Assembly: GCA_964638825.1 (NCBI GenBank)
Contig: CAZXAD010000001.1
Coordinates: 1-43,730 of the forward strand
Direction: 5' to 3'
From: an uncultured Candidatus Saccharibacteria bacterium
Lineage (GTDB): Bacteria; Patescibacteriota; Saccharimonadia; QS-5-54-17
DNA: 43,730 nucleotides
A program made the translations under genes and the position numbers. Positions 37,284 through 42,955 of the stretch are shown here, in pieces (position 1 is the first letter of the stretch; every line of letters starts with the position of its first letter). The notes beneath the pieces are model-generated. The model had not been told where the DNA came from. It ran no database searches and worked only from the letters and a program-made list of their open reading frames with translations.

Positions 37284-38687
37284 CTAGCAAGCGACAAGAG
37301 TTCGCTTGTCGGTCCGGACCGGACCGAAAGAAGTCAGCATGACGGGAGTTTGAAGCTCCTCAACCAAAAGGCCGAGAAGCTGGTTGATATCCGTCGCAGG
37401 TGCCGTTGTTTCGCTACCAGAAGATAGATCTACCCTCTGATAAAGCGGCTGACAGGCGAACAGGAGCTGAGTGAGACGTTCCTGGTGGTCGAGATTGTCC
37501 TTTCCGTCGGCGTGGATGAGCTGAATGGCTCCGCTGGCATCACGCGTCAGGTATGGTTCGAGGTCTGGATAGGTTGCTGGATGCGAGTACGCGGTGGCGA
37601 TCTGCCATTGAGCATGGTATTCCATGCGGTCGAGGCAAGTTACACCGAGCGCATCAATGCCACCACAGACCTCTATCGCATACCGCAGAGCTACCAGGTC
37701 GGTGTAGCCGACCCTGAACCCCAGTTGCCAGCGATTGTGACCGTTGTGCAGATCCGGGAGATCAGCCGAGAGCTCGGCATCCTCTGTCACGAACGGGCCG
37801 GGGCCGTGCCGGGTGGCATAGCCGCGGGTCAGACCCAGTCTGGTGACTTGGCCATCGAATCCATGTTCGTCGAGAATAGTCAAAGCGTTCTCGAAGGTAG
37901 TGGTACTCCAGGTAGTGTAGGGATGAAAACCGAACCACTCATCCAAAAGAACGCCCTGGGCGCCTTCGAAGATGACTTTATCGGCTCTCTCAAGCAGTAC
38001 GTCGAAGTACTGCTTGTCCACTATCTGGGCCCTTCGACTGAAATCCTGATACAGGGCCAGGCACTGGTCGACCATCAACGGGTCGTTCATCAGGGCTAGC
38101 TCCTGTTTCACCTGATCATTGTCGGGCAGTTGATCGATCAGTTCTCCTAGCTGTTCGCGCTTGTAGTCGCGCACCCGCTCCAGCTTCTGCTGTAGCAAAC
38201 GGGTACTGTAAAAGTCACTTACACGCACGGTTAAATCCGGAGTATTAATGGAATCGGCCATGGTTTCGCCGATCCCCTGACCACAGCTACCGTGTCTCCT
38301 ATCTCCTCTGGCTAATTCGCGTATACGGTTAGCCGACTGGTGCCAAGGAGTGATGACCTTGGCCATAGAGTCGACAGTCAATCTCTCCCAAGCATCGCCC
38401 ACTCCGACTTCACGCAGATGGCGCTCCTCACCATACAGGTTGAACGGATTGACTAACATGAAGCGCGAGAGATGGGTGCGCGCACCAGGTACGAAAGTGC
38501 CGCTGCCAAATTGGGCAAAGGTATGATGCCGACCGTCGGGAGTAGTAACGTTGTGAGCGGCCTGAGGGCCGCCGTTGAAGCGAACTACCAGAGCGGACTG
38601 TGCCTGGTTTGCCAGGTAATCGACAACCGACCCTTTACCGGCATCGCCATAGGTTAGATCGGCGACAATCACCGCTTCGCGCCTCAT
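37284..38687 (-). CDS. Divergent adenylosuccinate synthetase (PurA) family protein, 467 aa
   Basis: PurA-type motifs: GDAGKGS (vs GDEGKGK), GGPQAAH (vs GGHNAGH), GQGIGE (vs GRGIGP), FEGAQGVLLD (near identical), RHGPGPFVTE (vs RVGAGPFPTE), SFGPVR (vs STGPDR). The Asp-binding loop is not conserved. Confidence 0.8.
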   Translation of the reverse strand: MRREAVIVADLTYGDAGKGSVVDYLANQAQSALVVRFNGGPQAAHNVTTPDGRHHTFAQFGSGTFVPGARTHLSRFMLVNPFNLYGEERHLREVGVGDAWERLTVDSMAKVITPWHQSANRIRELARGDRRHGSCGQGIGETMADSINTPDLTVRVSDFYSTRLLQQKLERVRDYKREQLGELIDQLPDNDQVKQELALMNDPLMVDQCLALYQDFSRRAQIVDKQYFDVLLERADKVIFEGAQGVLLDEWFGFHPYTTWSTTTFENALTILDEHGFDGQVTRLGLTRGYATRHGPGPFVTEDAELSADLPDLHNGHNRWQLGFRVGYTDLVALRYAIEVCGGIDALGVTCLDRMEYHAQWQIATAYSHPATYPDLEPYLTRDASGAIQLIHADGKDNLDHQERLTQLLFACQPLYQRVDLSSGSETTAPATDINQLLGLLVEELQTPVMLTSFGPVRTDKRTLVAC

Positions 38688-38724
38688 GGGAAAACCTTTC
38701 TTTTTGCCGCAAGAGCGGCTGGTA

Positions 38725-38763
38725 CCCCCATGGACGGAGGAATCTTCATTCCGTCCATGGGGG
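38725..38763 (-). promoter_or_regulatory. Perfect 13-bp intercistronic stem-loop between the vWA and PurA-like genes
   Basis: cccccatggacgg (38725-38737) and ccgtccatggggg (38751-38763) are exact complements with a 13-nt loop. No T-run follows on the minus strand. Confidence 0.7.
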
Positions 38764-38773
38764 CGGATGCGTT

Positions 38774-39808
38774 CTACAGTCTCGGAGCTGGCGGATCATC
38801 AGACAAATCGGATAGCTGACCATCGCTGTCGGCAATCGCTACCGTACCTGCCTGCACTGTCGACAGAGCCTTGCCAGCAGCCTTAACGGCAGCCAGATCG
38901 GATCCGGTTTGTTGTAGATCGTCCAGCGTATCATCGAGGTCGACACCACCCTCAAACATACCGAGCGTGGCACCGATTACTTCGCAGACCGCCGATGGGT
39001 CGTCGAGCCGCAAGGCCCGCTCGCCTATCAGCTTGCGCCAGACCGGAAGCACTTCTTCGGCCTGGTAGGAACCCTGCTCCTGGAAAAGAAAGAAGACGTT
39101 GAAACGCTTCTCCAATTCCGCGAAGATCTGCTCGGTAGAGATGTCGGCTTCGAGCTGATCACCCACCAGAGCTTCCAGTGTGTGACCGGCATAGCCGAGA
39201 TAGGCACGCTTGACAGCATCGTAGGGCTTCTCGTCTCCGATGAAGAAGACGTAGCCCTTCTTGCTGAAGCGCTCGAAGGTCTCGAGATAGGTGTGGTAGG
39301 CCAAGAAGTACGCAGCCAGCTCGTAGGTCTCGTGCGTTTGGCCGCCACCATTACCTTCGAGATAGATAGCGGCCAACTGTTCGTCCATGCGGTTGTCCGA
39401 CTCGAACTGCCCCATCTGGAGCGGAACGCTGTCGGTGTGAGCATCGCCCACGGCACCGAAGAGGATCTGGGGGTCCTCGACGTAGCCCTTGCGCTGGAGT
39501 AGCCCGTGCAGTTGTGGCAGCTTGTCGTGGGCAGCCACAGCAGCAGTGTAGTTCGAGCCGGTCACATCCAGCACCACCGCGATGGCGGTCGGGTTGGAAT
39601 GATCGTCGGAGATCATGGCCTCCCGGATGTTCCGTCCGACATGCGGACCGTCCTGGTTGGCCCAGTTGGTATCAACCAGATCGTGCACCCGGGCGCTCTG
39701 ACGCCCGGCTCGGATCTGGTCGGTGTAGTCGAAGGTGCTTCTGCCAGCAGCGCGGTTCGCAGCTTGCCGCTGTTCGTATACGTCCGTCGTCCAACTTCCT
39801 CCACCCAT
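38774..39808 (-). CDS. von Willebrand factor A (vWA)-like protein with MIDAS-type motif, 344 aa
   Basis: AIAVVLDVTGS (D-x-T-x-S MIDAS variant), GGGQTHE (Thr) and VFFIGDEKP (Asp), in the order and spacing expected of a vWA Rossmann fold. ATG start preceded by GAAAGGAAA. Confidence 0.7.
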   Translation of the reverse strand: MGGGSWTTDVYEQRQAANRAAGRSTFDYTDQIRAGRQSARVHDLVDTNWANQDGPHVGRNIREAMISDDHSNPTAIAVVLDVTGSNYTAAVAAHDKLPQLHGLLQRKGYVEDPQILFGAVGDAHTDSVPLQMGQFESDNRMDEQLAAIYLEGNGGGQTHETYELAAYFLAYHTYLETFERFSKKGYVFFIGDEKPYDAVKRAYLGYAGHTLEALVGDQLEADISTEQIFAELEKRFNVFFLFQEQGSYQAEEVLPVWRKLIGERALRLDDPSAVCEVIGATLGMFEGGVDLDDTLDDLQQTGSDLAAVKAAGKALSTVQAGTVAIADSDGQLSDLSDDPPAPRL

Positions 39809-39841
39809 GGCAGTTTCCTTTCTCGTGTGTGTCTGGGCGCT

Positions 39842-40945
39842 TCAGGGCATCCTGAACTCTCTGAAGCGTCTGGGGTGGTATGGTGGTCCGAGCCGCTCAA
39901 GCAGCTCGTCGAACTCTCTGAGCAGACCCCAGGCATCCTGCGGACGGCGGCGCTGGTCTTCAATCAGCGTACCGCGCATGAATGCCCGTAAGCCCTTAGG
40001 TATATTGACCGGTAGCGTACCGTTAGTTGGATCACCTCCCAGTAGATAGACCATGCATTTAGCGGCCAGGTAGATATCGGTTGCTGGCGAGAGTGTCTGT
40101 TGATCCAGCACTTCGGACGGATACCAATCTCTATACCCTGGATCCACCAACTTGGCCGCCGGAATGGAGCCATCGTCCTCCGTATCGGCGCTGTAGCACC
40201 AATCGGTAAGAACCAGTCCGTGCATCTGCGGATGGATCATGACGTGATCGGGAAGAACGGCGCCGTGGATAACACCGTTCCAACTGGCATACCCTACGGC
40301 TACAAGCAGCCGCCGCCACATCCAAGCCATGTCGAGAGGATGGATTCCGTCCGGGTAGACTTTTCTTACTTCGCTTAGTGAGTAGAAACCCTCTAGAAAA
40401 ACAGTGACGTTCGCCCGGCGGCGGCTTCCTTCTTTCTGGTAGTCGAATGTATCGATCAGATCCGGTATGTATGGATGGAGCCTTTCGTCCGTTCCGCTAC
40501 CTCGCAGCCTCTTAAGAGCCCTGGCTTCCTGGGCGAGCAAGTCGTTATCATGCGGTGAAGCCGCGATCTTGACCATGCTCCCAACAGAGTTGCCGCTCTT
40601 GGGCGTGGTGGTGGCACGGTAGATATTCCCGATTGCGCCTTTGAACGCAGAACCGTCGATGCGATGTTGGCACCGCTTAGTCCGCAGCGTCACGAACGTA
40701 TGGCCGTAGCTGCCGCTATCCAACGCGGCTAAGGCCTCCTGATACAGCTTCGTCAGCCGCCCGAAAACCTGCGAGGCGATACCCTCATCATCACAGGCGC
40801 ATAAGTCCGGGTGGACTACACGTGAGAGACGCCGATAAGTCTGCTTAACGTGCCGGGAGGGTGAGCTTTCAGCATGCCCGAACACATCAAGATAGCTGTT
40901 GGCATCAAGTATATTTCGAGCCACGTGATCGAACTCTGTACTCAC
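39842..40945 (-). CDS. J-domain protein fused to a protein-kinase-like (probably pseudokinase) domain, 367 aa
   Basis: J-domain: SYLDVFG...KQTYRRLSRVVHPD, with HPD encoded at 40805-40813. Kinase-like: Gly-loop FKGAIGNIY, VKIA Lys, AQEARAL Glu, catalytic-loop position IHGAVLPDHVMI (Asp replaced by Ala, Asn by His), DFG position TDWC, subdomain IX ATDIYLAAKCMVYLLGG. GTG start 5 nt after AGGAG. Confidence 0.7.
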   Translation of the reverse strand: MSTEFDHVARNILDANSYLDVFGHAESSPSRHVKQTYRRLSRVVHPDLCACDDEGIASQVFGRLTKLYQEALAALDSGSYGHTFVTLRTKRCQHRIDGSAFKGAIGNIYRATTTPKSGNSVGSMVKIAASPHDNDLLAQEARALKRLRGSGTDERLHPYIPDLIDTFDYQKEGSRRRANVTVFLEGFYSLSEVRKVYPDGIHPLDMAWMWRRLLVAVGYASWNGVIHGAVLPDHVMIHPQMHGLVLTDWCYSADTEDDGSIPAAKLVDPGYRDWYPSEVLDQQTLSPATDIYLAAKCMVYLLGGDPTNGTLPVNIPKGLRAFMRGTLIEDQRRRPQDAWGLLREFDELLERLGPPYHPRRFREFRMP

Positions 40946-41009
40946 CTCTTCTCCTGTTCTTAGACTGTCAATGTTCTAAGTGTAGTTTTTACACTAACAC
41001 TCTACTCAT

Positions 41010-41039
41010 AGAGTACCTGACTACTTTGTGTATTGTCAA
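41010..41039 (-). promoter_or_regulatory. Candidate sigma-70-like promoter for the GC-rich operon (TTGACA-N18-TACTCT)
   Basis: Read on the minus strand in the 104-nt gap between the NrtR-like gene and the J-domain gene. A 6-bp hairpin AGTGTA/TACACT follows in the putative 5' UTR. By-eye call only. Confidence 0.35.
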
Positions 41040-41049
41040 CACTTAGATG

Positions 41050-41718
41050 CTAGGCGAAACGCTCTAACTCTTTAACACGGCTGTCCTTAAATCTATAAAG
41101 CAAAGCTGGACGATGCGGGCCAGTCTTCTTCTCCTTTGTTTCCTCCAGCACCCCCAGCGACAGGAACTTCTTACGGAAGTTACGCTTATCCAACTTTTGG
41201 TTGTATACGGCTTCGTACAAACTTTGCAATTCCTGAAGAGTAAACTTCTCCGGGAGAAGCGCTTGGGCAACAGTAGTATAGTTAAGCTTGTTTTTTAGAC
41301 GATCCATAGCATATTCGATAATCGAATCATGATCAAAGGCCATCTCCGGCAGTTGACGGACATCGTAGAACTGTGGGTTCTCGACCCGGCCTCCTGCCTC
41401 CGGACTGACATGGTGGTTTAGTACCATGTAGCTTACCGAGATAGCATGCCCTCGCGGATCTCTAGCCACTGTGTCAAAAGTATAAAGCTGTTCCGCATAC
41501 GCCAAAGATTCTACATCCACTCCCGTCTTCTTCTGCATAATCCGCGCTGCTGCTTCCCAGGTAGTTTCCCCTTGAGCATTGTAACCACCAGGTAGGGCCC
41601 GCTGCCCACGGAAGGGTTCATTCTGCCGCTGGATTAGCAGCACTTCAAGCGTCTCATCCTTATATCTGAAGTAGACTATGTCCACGGTTAGTGTGGGCGG
41701 TTGATAAGTATTTGTCAT
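41050..41718 (-). CDS. NrtR-type regulator: degenerate Nudix domain plus C-terminal winged-helix
   Basis: Nudix-fold N-terminus with box GGYNAQGETTWEAAARIMQKKTGV (the REx2EE glutamates are replaced by I and KK). The C-terminus FDHDSIIEYAMDRLKNKLNYTTVAQALLPEKFTLQELQSLYEAVYNQKLDKRNFRKK is typical of NrtR. The track start at 41757 is TTG; the ATG at 41718 is preferred. Confidence 0.8.
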   Translation of the reverse strand: MTNTYQPPTLTVDIVYFRYKDETLEVLLIQRQNEPFRGQRALPGGYNAQGETTWEAAARIMQKKTGVDVESLAYAEQLYTFDTVARDPRGHAISVSYMVLNHHVSPEAGGRVENPQFYDVRQLPEMAFDHDSIIEYAMDRLKNKLNYTTVAQALLPEKFTLQELQSLYEAVYNQKLDKRNFRKKFLSLGVLEETKEKKTGPHRPALLYRFKDSRVKELERFA

Positions 41719-41719
41719 A

Positions 41720-41740
41720 TTATTGTACAATATACAATAA
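41720..41740. promoter_or_regulatory. Palindrome TTATTGTA-N5-TACAATAA abutting the NrtR-like start codon (candidate autoregulatory operator)
   Basis: 8-bp perfect arms read directly; located 2 nt upstream of the ATG at 41718; no Shine-Dalgarno between them, so the mRNA may be leaderless. Confidence 0.5.
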
Positions 41741-41807
41741 GCTTTGTTAGACGTCAAAAATCAGGCTTGAATCCACCTACCCATCGATACGATCAAGAAT
41801 TAAAAAA

Positions 41808-41840
41808 AGCGGGGGCAGAATAGTCAGCAAGCTGACCTCC
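41808..41840 (-). repeat. Degenerate duplicate of the 3' half of tRNA-fMet (att-like remnant)
   Basis: agcgggggcag (41808-41818) is identical to 41988-41998 inside the tRNA. gacctcc (41834-41840) matches 42012-42018 in the same order and orientation. The sequence between them has diverged. Confidence 0.6.
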
Positions 41841-41940
41841 CTCGCTCCTCGGCAAGCAAAAATGCCAGCACTTTGTTTGCCTGCGGGGCTGCGTCCACCG
41901 AACCCAAGGGTTCTCATCCTGCCACCATTATCAAGAAGAT

Positions 41941-41967
41941 GAAATAAAACAACCCCTCAAAGAGGGG
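41941..41967 (-). terminator. Rho-independent terminator after tRNA-fMet
   Basis: The minus strand has CCCCTC TTT GAGGGG followed by TTGTTTTATTTC. An outer 12-bp inverted repeat (aagatgaaataa / ttatttcatctt) extends the stem. Confidence 0.75.
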
Positions 41968-41983
41968 CTGACTTATTTCATCT

Positions 41984-42058
41984 TGGTAGCGGGGGCAGGA
42001 TTCGAACCTGCGACCTCCGGGTTATGAGCCCGACGAGCTGCCACTGCTCCACCCCGCG
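41984..42058 (-). tRNA. Initiator tRNA-fMet (CAU), CCA encoded
   Basis: The reverse complement is CGCGGGG TGGAGCAGTGGCAGCTCGT CGGG CTCATAA CCCG ... GCAGGTTCGAATCCTGC CCCCGCT A CCA. It has an unpaired 1-72 position (C-U) and three G-C pairs closing the anticodon stem, both initiator hallmarks. Confidence 0.92.
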
Positions 42059-42131
42059 GCATAATTTATACACCCTTATATAGGTGCATTACATATTAAA
42101 ACCTACCACTGTTGAGGGGTATAGTCAAGAA

Positions 42132-42557
42132 TTACAGCTCTAGGCGGAACAGGAAGTACATCCACCGTTGAAAGTTGTCCGTTGCTGCTTCCGTAAGTGT
42201 TGGTTCAGGTTCCGATTCGGGCGGCTTTGCCGATTCAGGAATTTTATCAGGAAATATGACTACTGTTTCTCCGGGTGCTTTCAAATTGAGCTTGGCACGG
42301 GCTTCTTTCTCCACGAACGCGTCAGTTTTATAGTATGTTATCCGGTAACGCAGTTTTTGGTTTTCCAGTTCTAACACCCGGTTTTCAGCCCGTAATTCAT
42401 CAATCCGCTGTTGCAACTGATAATTGCGAGTGATGACGCTCAAGGTGGAAACGCCTATATACACCACAACGATCAGCAACACCGCAAAGATCACGTGTTG
42501 GCGCGTTAATCTCCGTTTTAGTAGCCGTTTTATGCGTCTTGTGATATCTGTTTTCAT
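42132..42557 (-). CDS. Septum formation initiator (FtsB/DivIC family)
   Basis: Single N-terminal TM, then a coiled coil LQQRIDELRAENRVLELENQKLRYRI and a conserved DAFVEKEARAKLNLKAPGETVV block. Confidence 0.8.
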   Translation of the reverse strand: MKTDITRRIKRLLKRRLTRQHVIFAVLLIVVVYIGVSTLSVITRNYQLQQRIDELRAENRVLELENQKLRYRITYYKTDAFVEKEARAKLNLKAPGETVVIFPDKIPESAKPPESEPEPTLTEAATDNFQRWMYFLFRLEL

Positions 42558-42640
42558 GTTATTCTATCTATAATTTCAGTATAACAGGTATCTATATCCT
42601 GCTAAATGTGTTTGATTGGCGTGATTTGATATACTTTTAT

Positions 42641-42743
42641 AGGAGTAACTTTGAGAAGACTCCTGTTGAATGAATATTCAATGGTGTTCAACCCGAACAA
42701 AACGATACTGTTTTGTTCGGAGAGGAATCCCGCACCTTTTTTT
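42641..42743 (+). ncRNA. Candidate small structured RNA or orphan terminator: three consecutive stem-loops ending in T7
   Basis: aggagt/actcct (42641-42664), gttgaa/ttcaac (42665-42692, enclosing the palindrome tgaatattca), and a perfect 11-bp stem ccgaacaaaac/gttttgttcgg (42693-42720). ttttttt follows at 42737-42743. There is no plus-strand gene upstream. Confidence 0.3.
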
Positions 42744-42795
42744 AAGTTGAATTTACAATTATTATATTGTGAAACTTTAAGAAAAGGTGCGGGAT
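42727..42795. repeat. 14-bp perfect inverted repeat (atcccgcacctttt / aaaaggtgcgggat) bracketing the AT-rich spacer just upstream of the third tRNA-CAU
   Basis: Arms at 42727-42740 and 42782-42795; the right arm ends 5 nt before tRNA position 1. Confidence 0.6.
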
Positions 42796-42800
42796 GACGA

Positions 42801-42876
42801 GGGGCTGTAGCTCAGTGGTCAGAGCAGTCGGCTCATAACCGATTGGCCGGTGGTTCGAACCCACCCAGCCCCACCA
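42801..42876 (+). tRNA. tRNA with CAU anticodon (Ile2/lysidine type or elongator Met), CCA encoded
   Basis: GGGGCTG TAGCTCAGTGGTCAGAGCA GTCGG CTCATAA CCGAT TGGCC GGTGGTTCGAACCCACC CAGCCCC A CCA; full cloverleaf. The D-arm and variable region resemble my recollection of E. coli ileX, but identity cannot be fixed by eye. Confidence 0.88.
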
Positions 42877-42955
42877 TTAAACTTATGCTTGCTTTTCGAT
42901 TGTTAGTGATGCTTAGTATTTGACTTGTATCTGTATTTATTATTAAGCTAACTAA

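Noticed and set aside
37122-37427. 101-aa plus-strand ORF spanning the operon terminator
   Set aside because: It crosses the terminator hairpin and the 3' end of the PurA-like gene, and it has no RBS.
37485-39991. Numerous 100-200-aa ORFs on both strands within the GC-rich operon (for example 37485-38099 +, 39028-39456 -, 39506-39991 +)
   Set aside because: Elevated GC suppresses stop codons in the off-frames. These ORFs are Arg/Pro/Gly/Ser-rich and overlap frames that carry clear PurA, vWA and J-domain motifs.
41719-41757. TTG-extended N-terminus of the NrtR-like gene (track start 41757). Similar TTG/GTG extensions occur at 30737, 13187, 3211 and 33341.
   Set aside because: Downstream ATGs give better RBS spacing or avoid overlapping the RBS or operator. 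For the NrtR-like gene, the extension would read through the palindrome.
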